DNA from: Malacoraja senta
Taxonomy: Eukaryota
Direction of reading: 5' to 3'
Assembly: GCA_038087875.1 (NCBI GenBank)
Contig: JAXLNO010000913.1
Location: forward strand, 62,001 to 126,000
Length of the DNA: 64,000 nt
Shown: one piece after another, positions 38,709 through 50,204 of the stretch
Layout of the letters: every line of letters begins with the position of its first letter
How positions within the stretch are numbered: position 1 is the first letter of the stretch
Made by a program: the position numbers and the translations under genes
The notes under the pieces: generated by a model
What the model saw: the letters and a program-made list of their open reading frames with translations, nothing else
Databases searched by the model: none
Told to the model about the DNA's origin: nothing

Positions 38709-39649
38709 ATAAGGTGTTCTGTCGTCTGCCTCCTTTTGCATCTGTAGGTACCATAATGAAACACCATTTCACCATGTTGGTTCAACCAGAGAGGGCTTAG
38801 GACCCTCCGGATAGGCTTTTGCTCCTCCACCCGTACAGGGTGCCTTAAAGGCCAAACTACTCCCTATGTCAAGGTCTGCAAGTCAAGCTTGTCACAACTG
38901 CTTGTAGATAGCTATGGCAATAGTTTTTACTGCTCGTATGATCATAATTCTTGTGTGCTTCCTTATTTTTCATGACTGTGTCGATATAGACAATGTTTCT
39001 CCTTTTTGTTTACTGTTGCCCACTGCTCTCGGATGTCTGGTGCTGGTGTTCTAGTGAGGTAATACAACTTGTAAGAAAAAGGAACTGCAGATGCTGGTTT
39101 ATACCAAAGATAGACACAAAATGCTGGAGTAACTCAGGGGGTTAAGCAACATCTCTGTCAGTCTGTAGAAGGGTCCCAACCTGAAACATCACCTTTCCAT
39201 TTTCGCCTGAGTTGCTGCCTGACCCGCTGAGTTACTGTAGCATTTTGTGTCTGCCATACAAGGTTGAGTGTGCATTGGTTTTAAGGCACCTGGTAACGAA
39301 TCTCCCTGTTCAATCACGCAGAGTCTGATCCAAACTGGCATTTAAGGAGGCAGATTGTGTTTGCACTGCATATGCAGCATTGTAAATAGTTCAGAAATAT
39401 GTCCTTATCATGTTTAGATATGATATTTATTAATCCTTTTACATCCAGTATCACAAATTTCCTTTAAGGTAGTGATGAGAAAAAGCAGGGAATCTCTTTT
39501 AACCAGACGAGATTTCCTGTTCCAACAAACAGAAAGAAAATTGAAATTTGTAAAAAAAAAGGTAACATATTTAGCCCTCTCAACCTCTCATGTCAAAGAT
39601 GTTTGACACTTTAGCATTATAATACTAAATACACTCTGACCGAGGCAGT

Positions 39650-39900
39650 CAAACACCTTTAGTCAGAGGGTGGTGAATCCGTGGAATTCTTTGCCACAGA
39701 AGGCTGTGGAGGCCAAGTCAGTGGATATTTTTAAGGCAGAGATTGATAGATTCTTGATTAGTACGGGTGTCAGGGGTTACGGGGAGCAGGCAGGAGAATG
39801 GGGTTAGGAGGGAGAGATAGATCAGCCATGATTAAATGGTGGAGTAGACTTGAAGGGCCGAATGGCCTAATTCTGATCTTATCACTTATGAACATGAATG
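39650..39900 (+). mobile_element. CR1 LINE 3' tail
   Basis: QRVVNPWNSLPQKAVEA and 3'UTR. Confidence 0.8.
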
Positions 39901-40491
39901 AAATTGCAAATGTTTAGCTAATTGTGTGTAATATTTATTTTACAGGTTATTTATAGTACACATATTAACACCACCTTCAGAAAGTCCCTATGCTATAAGG
40001 TTAATTTTATGAATTTATCTTATCCGGAGAATGAAACATAGCTGCCAAGGATGCCATGAATGCGTTGCAGGTCGGGATTCAAGTTAGAAGTGAAACCCCA
40101 CTCATAGAATTAATAGGCTGACATGAATCAAAATTCTAAATGCAAAAATTATGATCTTTCATAGCTATCTGCCACCCAACTTATTTTCTTATTTCTTAAT
40201 TTGTCAATTATGCTTTATTGTTACATCAGGTAAGAATAACTCATTTGAAGAGGGCATGGCCCGAGTAATGTGATCTTCAATGATGATTGTGGCTTCTTGA
40301 AGCATTAGCTCACTTTTGCTTTTGATAGTGGGGAGGACTGTACCAGGCATGTGCCGTGAGTAATTACTCAGGGTAGGCAGTCAGTCGGCTATTAAAAGAT
40401 CTTAAACCGCGCATGCGTAGATTGTTCTCCTCTCCGTAAGCTGTCAGTCGACTTTTATCTGTCTTCAAAAGCCATATCTCTTAATAAAGTA

Positions 40492-41598
40492 TCATATTTC
40501 CCGGCAATGAAGACGCACCTGCGTCGAAGATGCACCCCCATTTTGAGTTGCTAAATTTTGAAAAAAAGGCTGGCGGGACATAGAATTTCTCACTCTCAAA
40601 AAAATAAAAATAAAGAAAGTAACAATAAAATTTGCCCAAGGCTTCCAAACCTCTACCATTCTTAATTACTGAATGGTGGGGGGTGGAGGGTGACGGCAGG
40701 TGGAAAGATGGTGGGAAAAACGTGAGCACACCGGGACAAGTTGAATCAGTTGTGATCTTATTGAATGATAATACTAGTTCAAGGGACCAAGTGGGGGGAG
40801 AATTCCTTTCACAGCTTGTGGGGAAACTCTCCCGTGGACAGCGCGATCAAGGGACCAATTGAGGTTACTCGCGCTGACACAAGAGTAAGCTCCACCGCCC
40901 ACTGTTCTGTTATCCATCACCCGCTGATCCACTCTTGAGGTGGTCCCCTCACTGTCCGGTCTACATTGAAAGACACAGACCTGGCAGTGAATGCCATGCT
41001 GTGCCACCCAGCGCAGCAAGTGAGGCCATGTCCTGCTCGCAATCGGAATTTACGGATTTGCGGGAAGCGGCTGATATGAGCGAGGCTGGCTAGCGGCAGG
41101 AGAAAGGTGTTCAGACAGTGAGCACTGCCAGAGGTGAGCAGGCCGGCAGAAGGTGCTGAGGTCCCGGCGGCCGCTCGGAGCCACCCGAGCTACTTCTCTC
41201 CCTGGCCACAATGCGGCGCGGTGATGAGTGAGTTGCTGGCATGATCCCCAACCACCCTCCTTCTCAAAGCTCCTGCCCTCCCCGCAACTTTACCCCTGGC
41301 CAGACTCCCCACACGCTGTGTAAGGAACTCTCCCCCACACCCCCCCCAACGGCGCTGCTGTCCTTTTACAGCCGCCTCCCACTTTGCAGCCGCCTCCCTC
41401 TTTGCAGCTGCTTCCCATCAGCTGTGAGGGATAGCAATGAGGGATAGCCTTGGCTATGGTTCTTGATGTTGCTGTACTGAGGGATAGCCAAATCTATCTT
41501 TCTTGGCTAACAACCAAACCTTCGGCCTCCAAGACGCAGGTAAATTTTCGTGCTTTATTTTTGGGTGAAAATAGCATCTTGATTGCTGGGAAATACGG
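40492..41598. mobile_element. Tc1/mariner-pogo-type non-autonomous DNA transposon
   Basis: Imperfect TIRs tcatatttcccggcaatgaagacgc / gcatcttgattgctgggaaatacgg; TA on both flanks. Confidence 0.7.
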
Positions 41599-41634
41599 TA
41601 TTTAAAAACATATAGCTCAAAGAAATTTACTTAC

Positions 41635-41717
41635 CACATTATTTGTACACAAACTCCATTCTTCTCCCTTTGTTTCTTAAGATACTCTTAAGATAATGAC
41701 AATCCATGTTTGAAAAC
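41635..41717 (-). other. Candidate 5'UTR exon of the GCNT gene
   Basis: Acceptor tttcttggcag and donor GTG|gtaagt; contains uORF MDCHYLKSILRNKGRRMEFVYK*. Confidence 0.5.
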
Positions 41718-41724
41718 CTGCCAA

Positions 41725-41900
41725 GAAACTTGCGCTGCGCATGCGCTGTAGGCTGCTGCACAGCACATGCACGCAGTCCACGGTGCAAAGGCAGAATTTC
41801 AGCTGCCTTCAGCTCCCCTCGTCATTGAAGGCTTGAAGCAGCGTCGACGGCACGTGGGCTGCACAAACTTTCACGTGTTACATGTACTGTGGATGAAAGG
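41725..41900. promoter_or_regulatory. CpG-containing putative regulatory patch with NRF1-like motif
   Basis: TGCGCATGCGC at 41736-41746, CACGTG E-boxes near 41851 and 41872, and retained CpGs immediately upstream of a candidate exon. Confidence 0.3.
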
Positions 41901-41902
41901 CG

Positions 41903-41958
41903 CGGGAGAATTATGCCTACCTAAGAGATCGATCTGTTAGGTAGGCATAATTCTCCCG
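41903..41958. repeat. Near-perfect 56-bp palindrome
   Basis: cgggagaattatgcctacctaa-g-agatcgatct-g-ttaggtaggcataattctcccg. Confidence 0.9.
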
Positions 41959-42230
41959 TGCCCTTACTATTTATATTTAATAATTACCATTTTATAAATT
42001 TAGTCAGGGTAGGCACTGCCTGGACTGTACCCATGATGGACCAGGCTCAGTCCACCACTCTCTGTATCCTCGTGTCTTCCTGTGCATCAGAATTGCTGCA
42101 CCAGGCCATGATCAACCAATCAGGAGACTTTCAACCGCACACCTGTAAAGGTTTGTTGGAGTATTCAGTGACATTCAGTGACACTTTAAACTTCTACGGA
42201 ATTAGAGACTCTGCCGCACCTTTTTTGTGT

Positions 42231-42470
42231 AAGCAGATTAAAAACTTTGTGCCAAATTGAACAATGTATCTGGCCCACTCTCTATAATGCCAGTATTTAT
42301 CCGGTAGACACTGCATTCTGTTGTCAGTCAGAAACCCAGAATACACTAAACCCATGTGTATTATGGGTTTCTGATTGACTACACAATGCAGTGTCTACCA
42401 AACAAATACTGGCATTATAGAGTGAGGGGCAGATACATTGTATGACTTGGCACAGTTGTAGATCTGTTTA
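42231..42470. repeat. ~240-bp imperfect palindrome (MITE-like hairpin)
   Basis: Arms tgtgccaa..acaatgtatctg..ctataatgccagtattt..ggtagacactgcatt..cagaaaccca.aatacac are mirrored after a ~9-nt loop. Confidence 0.8.
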
Positions 42471-43033
42471 AAAAAATAAAGTTTCTAGCACTAAAAGTTT
42501 AATAGGGAGTGACATTTAAACCGAGGTCCATTCGTTGCACATTGTAAATAATAGATCACATTTCCACCTAAACAAGCACAGTTCCTATTTCTATGAAGCC
42601 ATATCAAATTTATTTTTGAAACCAAATGAAACCTCTTTGAGTTCCATGTATCTTGTGATTCCAAATTAGAATGCAAATGAAAAAGGATAGATGTCAACAA
42701 TCTCAGTGCAGGTTCTTAAATTATTATTGCATTCCTTAAATTATTATTTGCATTCGGATCAGCAATGGAAAAAAAGACAAGATTGAAAAATAATTGACAC
42801 TTCACCCTATCATAATCTCAAGGCTGTCTCCAAAAATCGAGGACTCTTTGCAAAAAAGAATAGGATTAAAATGTGCTTCCGTACTGAACCTGTTCTCACC
42901 ATCACGATCCAAACCACAGTTTTGTATTCAAAAAAGATGCAGATTGCAAAAACGGATGTCTCACGGACAAAATAAATAAAAGTTTCATAATATAACTGAG
43001 ATCACAATACAATATCACATGAGGTGATATTAC

Positions 43034-43072
43034 CTGCTCAAAATTAAGCCAGTTTTATTAGCATCACGTGCA
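43034..43072 (-). other. Candidate small 5'UTR exon (39 nt)
   Basis: Acceptor tttctcctattttctcag and donor CAG|gtaata. Confidence 0.45.
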
Positions 43073-43391
43073 CTGAGAAAATAGGAGAAATTCCATTTTT
43101 CGTGCTGTCCAGTTAAATCACACCGTACAATCAGATGAATACAACAGCGCAAAAAGAGAAAAGAAACAGAGGGTAGAATATAGTGTTACAGCTACAGAAA
43201 AAGTGCAGATAAAAAAAGTGCATGGTTTGCAACAAAGTAGATTGGGTGATCGAGAATACATTCTTAGCTAATGATCAAGTATCAGCTAACAGTGAGGAAG
43301 AAGCTGTTCTTCTGCCTGGTGAGAGATGGGATGTGAGTGGTCGTTGATTATGTTGGCTGGCTTTCCTGAGGTAGTTTCAAATGTAGATGGA

Positions 43392-45471
43392 GCCTGTCCC
43401 ACTTGGGCGAAATTTGGGGGACATTTAGGCGACAGCCGAAAAAGAGGTTGTCGCGTCGTGGTTGGGTCGTGACGCGGGCGTGATGCGTGGTAACGCATGC
43501 TGTGGCGTGCGGTGCTTCTCTGTCGCCTCAGGACTTTGGAATATTCAAAATCCTGGGGCGACATTTGGGTGTCTCATCTTGTCGTGCGCCCTGTCACACG
43601 CTGACGTATGCTGTCCTGTGGGTGACGTCCAGTTAGGGTTGGGGTTAGGGTTGGGGTTAGGGACCATAGATGGGGTGTAAAATATTCTTCCTTCAATGCA
43701 TGGATTTTAAACATTAATATATTAAAATTAATACAATAAAATCAATTGTGCAAATGAAAAGATGTCTGAGTCATTCAGTTTTATTTATAGATGTATTGGT
43801 CCGCTTCCAGATCCGATCACCGTCTCTATAATTTTTCACAGGGATGGATTCAGTGAGTGTAGACTGAACTCCCCTCTGCCCTCTTCCCCCTTCCCGCCCC
43901 ATCCCTCCTTCTCCACTCCCCGACTCTTCTCCCCTCCCCTCTCCCCTCCCCTCTCCCCCCCTCTTCCCTTCCCCCTGCTCCACTCTTCTCCCCCTTATCC
44001 ACTATCCTCTTCTCCTCCTCTCCCTCCCTTCTCCCATTCTCCAACCCCCCCCCCCCACGTTCCCCGACGCCCCCCCCCAGTTGTAGACCCAGCCTGCGAC
44101 CAGCGATCCCCCACACACTATCCCACACACGCTAGGGACAATTTATACAAACCTGTGCGCCTTTGGAGTGCGGGAGGAAACCCAAATCCTAACCCTAATC
44201 CTAGCCCTAATCCTAACCCTAACCCTGACCCTAACCTTAACCCTGACCCTAACATTAACCGTAACCCTAAACCTAACTCTAAGTTGATGGGCTTGGTATA
44301 AGTATAAATTGTCCCTAGTGTGTGTGGGATAGTGTGCGGGGGATCGCTGGTCGGTGCGGACTCGAAGGGCACTGTATCTCTGAACTAAATGTGACACAGG
44401 GGCCCCAGGAGTTGGACTCGAACCCCCACTGTTCTGCCTGCTCCTCATGGGAACTAAACTCTTGGCCACGAGTTGTCCCAGAGGCAGATCTCTCTTCCAA
44501 TGGTCTCTCCAAACCCCCAAAGACTGCGGGCTTTTCAACTGGGTACAGGCAATGTTGTCAATGTACCAGTGCCACCCACCTGCTCCGGCCACTGAGTCTA
44601 AATACCCACCACCCATTTTGAAGCAAGGCGAGCGTGGGGGGGGGGGGGGGGGGAGGGTGTTGTTCCCAAAGTCTGCATTTATCCCATAGTCAATGTTACT
44701 AAAACAGATGATGTGGCCTATGTATCAGTGAAGAGTGGAGCGGGGAGAAGGGAGGAGAGGGTGCGCCCCCCATTTGTGGACCCAGCCTGTGACAGCTAGA
44801 TCCCACTAACAACTCGTGGTCTACAGTTTAGTTCCAATGAGGCTAGGGTTAGGGTTAGTGTTTGGGTTTCCTCCCCTACTCCAAAGGCGCACAGGTTTGT
44901 ATAAATTATCCCTAGTGTGCGGGGGATAATATGTGGGGGATCGCTGGTCACAGGCTGGGTCCACAAATGGGGGGCATTGGGGAAAGGGGGTGGTGGACAA
45001 TGGTAGAAGGGAGGGAGAGGGGGAGAGGGGGAGAAGGGGATGTGAGGGGAAGGGGGTAGTGGATAAGGGGGAGATGAGTGGAGCGGGGAGAAGGGAGGAA
45101 GAGGGGAGAAGGGAAGAAGGGAGGGGAGGGGAGTGGAGAAGGGTAAGGGGGAGTGGAGAAGGAGGGATGGGGGCGAGAGGGGAGGGAGGTTCAGTCAGTG
45201 ATCGGATCTGGAGACAGTGATCAGATCTGGAAGCAGACCAATACATCTATAAATAAAACTGAACGACTCAGTTCATTTGCACAATTGATTTTATTGTATT
45301 AATTTTAATTGATTAATGTTTGAAATCCATGCATTGAAGAAAGAATATTTTACAGCCTCACCCGCATGACAGCATACGTCAGCGTGTATGTCATGCAACT
45401 TGACGGTTTTATGGGCTTCAGTCACTGACGCTCCGCAGTCGCCCAAATGTCGCCCAAGTGGGTCAGGCCCT
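43392..45471. mobile_element. Large foldback element with Harbinger-type termini, SINE-derived pieces and telomere-like repeats
   Basis: Ends gcctgtcccacttgggcga / tcgcccaagtgggtcaggccct; long inverted arms ~43595-44205 versus ~44845-45388; TTAGGG/CCCTAA-like tracts. Confidence 0.7.
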
Positions 45472-45624
45472 TTAAGGTAGTGAGGGGGGGGGGAGATAGG
45501 GGAGGGGGGGGGGGGGGTTGGGAGGGAAGGAGAGACTAGTTTGCATGATGTATTGGGCTGCATCCACAACTCTGAAATTCCATCCAATCATGGGCAGACC
45601 AATCCTGTTGGTTCTTCTGTGTTC

Positions 45625-46050
45625 TGTGACAGGAAGGAAGTGGAGGCTTTGGAGATTATGTACAAGAGGTTGACTGGAATGCTGCCTGGATTAGAGGGTA
45701 TTATCGCTATAAGGAGAGTTTGAACAAACTTGGATTGTTTTCTCTGGAGCATCAGAGGTTGATGGGAGACCTAGGAGAAGTATATAAAGTTATGAAAAAC
45801 ATAGAAAGGTAGACAATCAGAACTTTTCTCCCTGAGTTAAAATGTCAAACAATGGAGAGCATGCCTTTAAGGTGAGAGGGGAAAACATACAGGAAATGTG
45901 TGAAGGCAGTGGTGTTTGAGAGGTACATGGATATGCAGTGAATGGAGAGATTTAGATCATGTGTTGACGGAGGAGATTAATTAAATTTGACATCATGTCT
46001 GGCACAGATATTGTTGCCTGAAGGACCTGTTGTGTGCTTTATTGTTCTAT
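45625..46050 (+). mobile_element. Decayed CR1 3' fragment
   Basis: EALEIMYKRLTGMLPGLEG..., LGLFSLE. Confidence 0.7.
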
Positions 46051-46117
46051 ATGCGCTTGACAAATTTAAGAGCTTTCAAGTTGCTGGATAACTGCAACCA
46101 AGCACATTGGCTTGGTT

Positions 46118-47180
46118 GCAAGGAAACAGGCCATTGTTAAGGGGCTGTCCCACTTGGGCGACCTAATCTGCGAGTTTAGAAGAGTGTCTTCGACCTTCAA
46201 ACTCGCAGCATGGTCGACACGTGGTCCTAGGAGGTCCTATTAGGTCACTGGAACTGGAACTCTCCTTCAAGCTCGAGGGACGTTCCTGAATACTTTTCCT
46301 GAGTAAAATTTGGTCAGCATGGTTCTTTTTGACTTGTATTGCAGTGGAGTGGGGTTGCTATTTAGTTACAGGCAGTCGAGGGCAGCCGCAGGCAATCTCC
46401 TTTGCTGACCGGGCACTTTGATTGGCTCATTTGAGTTTTCAGGACCAAGGAAAACTTATCGGTAGGTAAAATGCCCGCTAAACTTTATTAAACTTCTTAA
46501 AAGTGTCTTCACTACTTCTCCCCCTTCTCCCCTCCTTCTCTCCCCTTCTCCCCCCTTCTCCCCCTTCTCCCCCCTTCTCTCCCCTTCTCTCCCCTTCTCT
46601 TTCCCTCTCTGCCCTTCTCCCCCCCCCCCCTCCGCGCTCTCTAAAGGACTTGCCATTACTGTGCAGCCATTTTATCTTCCTCTTCATCGCGGGTGTGAAT
46701 TTCAGACAGCGCTCCCCCGCTTTCCCTGGCCCCCGCCTTTGCGATGTGTTTGTGCGTGCGGTCGGTCGATCCAGCTCGCGGTTTCAACGCGGACGGTCGA
46801 TCCAGCTCGAGGGTTTCCAGGCGAGTGCCCTCGAGCTTGAAGGTCGAACACACTCTTCTTAACTCGCGGATTAGGTCGCCCAAGTGGGACAGCCCCTTTA
46901 GCTGTTTGTTGGGTGAAAATTAGAAGCTGGTGTGACTTGGGTGGGGATAGAGGGGGAATGCCGGGGTTACTTGAAGTTAGAGAAATCAATGTTCATACAA
47001 CTGGGCTGTAAGCTGCCCAAGTGAAATATGAGATGCCGTTCCTCCAATTTGCGTTTAACCTCACTTTGACAATGGAGGAGAACTTGGACAGAAAGGTCTG
47101 TGTGGGAATGGGAAGGAGAATTAAAGTGTTTAGCAACAGGGAGATCAAGTAGGTAAGCGAAGGTGTTCAGCGAAACAAAC
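46118..47180 (-). mobile_element. Penelope-like fragment (host of the MITE)
   Basis: LPVAKHFNSPSHSHTDLSV..LLHCQSEVKRKLEERHLIFHLGSLQP. Confidence 0.8.
46140..46897. mobile_element. PIF/Harbinger-type MITE inserted in a Penelope fragment
   Basis: TIR aggggctgtcccacttgggcgacctaat; TTA TSD at 46137-39 and 46898-900; empty site ccattgTTAg is seen in the related Penelope copy at ~5896. Confidence 0.9.
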
Positions 47181-47887
47181 ACTCTTCATATAGAAGAGAC
47201 AGATTGTCATAATAAGAATTATTGGACAGACCAGTCTTGTATCCAATGGTGTTTAGAAGAATAAGAAATTTAACTAAAATATAAGATTCAGAGGGGTCTT
47301 GACAAGGCAAAAATGTTTCAGATCCTAGATGTAGGGTAATTGTTTAAAAATTCCTCTCAAAGTATCATCAGACTCATTGGACAGTGGAAATAGATTCAGA
47401 TGGATTCTTAATAAGCAGGAGGGTAAATAGTTACTAATGGGTGAGGTGGCAGAATGCGGAGTTGAGGTTATGGTCAAAATCATCCATGATCATATTGAAC
47501 AATGGACCTACTGCTGCTCCTAATTCATATGCTCATATAAAATATTGCTTGCGGTGGATCTTATTTGTTGCTGAATGGTTGTTATATTATGTAATGTTAA
47601 ATGAAAGCATTAAACACTAAGATGGCGTTATTAGCACCAGATCACTGTGGCTATTCAGTGTAAATGCACCAATATCTTTAGCAGCACGCCATCCGGCACA
47701 AAATAGACCGTAATTACACAACGTCAATTCACCCTATTTTTTGCATTCAAGAGGAAATGCAGGTTTGTATCCAGTAGCTTTTAATTAAAAGGTTGATTCA
47801 AAAATAACTTTTGCTTGCATTTACTCAAACATGACTTACATAGCATAAATAATATTTAATCAGTAAGCAGAATCATGTTTCAATGTT

Positions 47888-48090
47888 AGACACACAAAAA
47901 ATTGAGTAATTCAGCGGGTTAGACAGCATCTCTGGAGAAAAGGAATGGGTGACGTTTCGGGTCGAGACTCTTCTTCAGACCCTGAATCATCACCTATTCC
48001 TTTTCTCCAGCAATGCTATCTGACCCGCTGAGTTTCTCCATCTTTTTATGTCCATTTTCAGTTTAAACCAGCAACTGCAGTTTCTTCCTG
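47888..48090. mobile_element. Penelope terminal-repeat-derived hairpin element
   Basis: Inverted pair; hammerhead-like core on the minus strand at 47951-47978. Confidence 0.7.
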
Positions 48091-48365
48091 CATATGTAAC
48101 AATGTAATCATTTCTTAGGAATTATCATTCAATTTAAAATTAATTATCATTTATCAACGTTGGTCTCACTTCAGTCACATTTTCACAATGATGAATTTCA
48201 CTCTAATAGAAAGGATGCATTTATGGCCTAAAACTCCTACAAAGGGATAATTTAACAATTATTAACAGTATTATTATGAACAACAATATTTCAGATTAAC
48301 TTCATAAAACAAAAGGTACAGAGGAAATCGAAAATCTACTCTTAAAACAATTCACATTTCTAGAT

Positions 48366-48661
48366 AGACAAAAGTGCTGGAGAAACTCAGCGGGTGCAGC
48401 AGCATCTATGGAGCAAAGGAAATAGGCAACATTTCGGGCCAAAACGTTGCCTATTGAGTCTGAAGAAGGGTTTCGGCCTGAAACATTGCCTATTGAGTCT
48501 GAAGAAGGGTTTCGGCCCGAAACGTTGCCTATTGAGTGAAGAAGGGTTTCGGCCCGAAACGTTGCCTATTTCCTTTGCTCCATAGATGCTGCTGCACCCG
48601 CTGAGTTTCTCCAGCACTTTTGTCTACCTTCGATTTTCCAGCATCTGCAGTTCCTTCTTAA
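48366..48661. mobile_element. Penelope terminal-repeat-derived hairpin element containing a tandem hammerhead-core array
   Basis: 14-bp TSD tcacatttctagat (48352-48365, 48662-48675); inverted arms; 39-nt units. Confidence 0.85.
48442..48570 (+). ncRNA. Tandem minimal hammerhead ribozyme cores (putative)
   Basis: CUGAAGA-agggUUUCGGccc-GAAA-C-GUU repeated at 39-nt spacing (CTGAAGA at 48460 and 48499; third unit lacks CT). Only the second unit has a fully intact core. Confidence 0.6.
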
Positions 48662-48699
48662 TCACATTTCTAGATTATAGGTTTTGATGTAGAATTACA

Positions 48700-50200
48700 G
48701 TTAAGATGACCACTATCATCCCAGTGCCAAAGAAAGCAAGATCATGTTTCTCAATTATCATTGTCCATTGGTTCTGACCTCTAACATCATGAAGTGCTTT
48801 GAGAGGCCGGTCATGGCACACATTAATGCAGCCTCCAAGACAACCCTGCCTATGCCACAACAGGTCCATAACATATGCCATCTTTCTGGCCCTACACACA
48901 TTTGGAACATCTTTCTAGATAACATCAGACTCCTATTTACTGGCTATAGCTCTGCCTTCAATACCATAATCCCAATCAAACTTATCTTCAAACTTTTGGA
49001 ACTAGCAGTCATTCTAATGGGCCGGATCTCGAACAATGACAAGACTGAATACAAAAAGAACATAGAGAACTTTCTTATCTGGTGGCAAGATATCACTGCA
49101 GAAGGATCTCTACTTAAAACGTCACATATTCCTTTTCTCCAGTGATGCTGCCTGACCCACTGAGCTACTCCAGCTTTTTATGTCAACCTCTCCCTCAATG
49201 TCAGCAAGACAAAAGAGCTTGTTATTGACTTCAGGAAATGAGGTGGTGTACATGTCCCAATCAGCATCATTGGTGCTGAAGTGGAAATAGTCAAAATCCT
49301 TAGGTTCCCAAGAGTAAATGTCACCGATAATTTGTACTGAAACAGCCACATTAAAGCTAGGGTAAAAAAACACACAAAGTCTCTACTTCCTCAGAAGACT
49401 AAAGGGCCTGTCCCACGAGCATGCGACTGCATGCGGGTAGCGTGACCTAACGTGGTCACGCTAGCCGTATGGCCTCGCGGGGCCGGTCGCACTTCGATCG
49501 CCGGAGCCGTATGGAGTTGTGCGGAGCTGGTCCCGACACCGCGCGGGGCTCCGTAAAACTGACACTGTCCCAAAATTCCGCGCGGCAACGCCCTGCTGGC
49601 CCGCTGCCGCATTGAGGCGGTACGCACCGCCTTGACGGGCGTAAGCACCGCCTCGACGCCGTACGCACCGCCTCGACACCGTACACAGAGTCTTGATGCC
49701 GTACACAGCGTCTTGATGGCGTACGCCTATCGCGTGGCATTGCGCGATGACGTCACCGCCCGGCGTGCCGTTGCGTGATGACGTAACCGCCCGACGCCGT
49801 GCGACTTCCAACTTTAGTCGGCCCGCCTCCTGCCCAGCTGATTGGTGAGTATGATGTCGGGACCAGCTCCATACGGCTCCGCGGTTGGAAGTGGGACCGG
49901 CCCCGTTTGGTCGCGCTCGCCGCATGCAGTCGCATGCTGGTGGGACAGGCCCTTAAGGCAGTTTGAGATCTCCGAAGACTCTTTCTGTCATCTACAGATG
50001 CACCGTAGGAAGCATACTATCGGTTGTATCTCAGCATGATTTGGGAACAGCTCTGCTTAAGAATGAAAGAAATTACAGAGTTGTAAACGCAGCCCAATCA
50101 CACAAACCAGCCTCTTTCCACAATCAACTCCATCTACACTTCACTCTGCCTTGGGAGAGCAGCCTTCCATAATCAATGACCAATAACACCCTAGTCAATC
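48700..50200 (+). mobile_element. Decayed Rex-Babar LINE fragments hosting a Penelope unit and a Harbinger MITE
   Basis: LTSNIMKCFER, YSSAFNTIIP, LNVSKTKELVIDFRK. Confidence 0.75.
49403..49953. mobile_element. PIF/Harbinger-type MITE (same subfamily as 35303-35902)
   Basis: TIR agggcctgtcccac.agcatgcgactgcatgcgg; TAA TSD at 49400-02 and 49954-56. Confidence 0.9.
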
Positions 50201-50204
50201 TCTT

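Noticed and set aside
44180-44280. True telomere or chromosome fusion site
   Set aside because: Short and degenerate, and embedded in a foldback repeat.
48442-48570. CRISPR-like repeat array
   Set aside because: No unique spacers and a eukaryotic context; these are contiguous tandem units.
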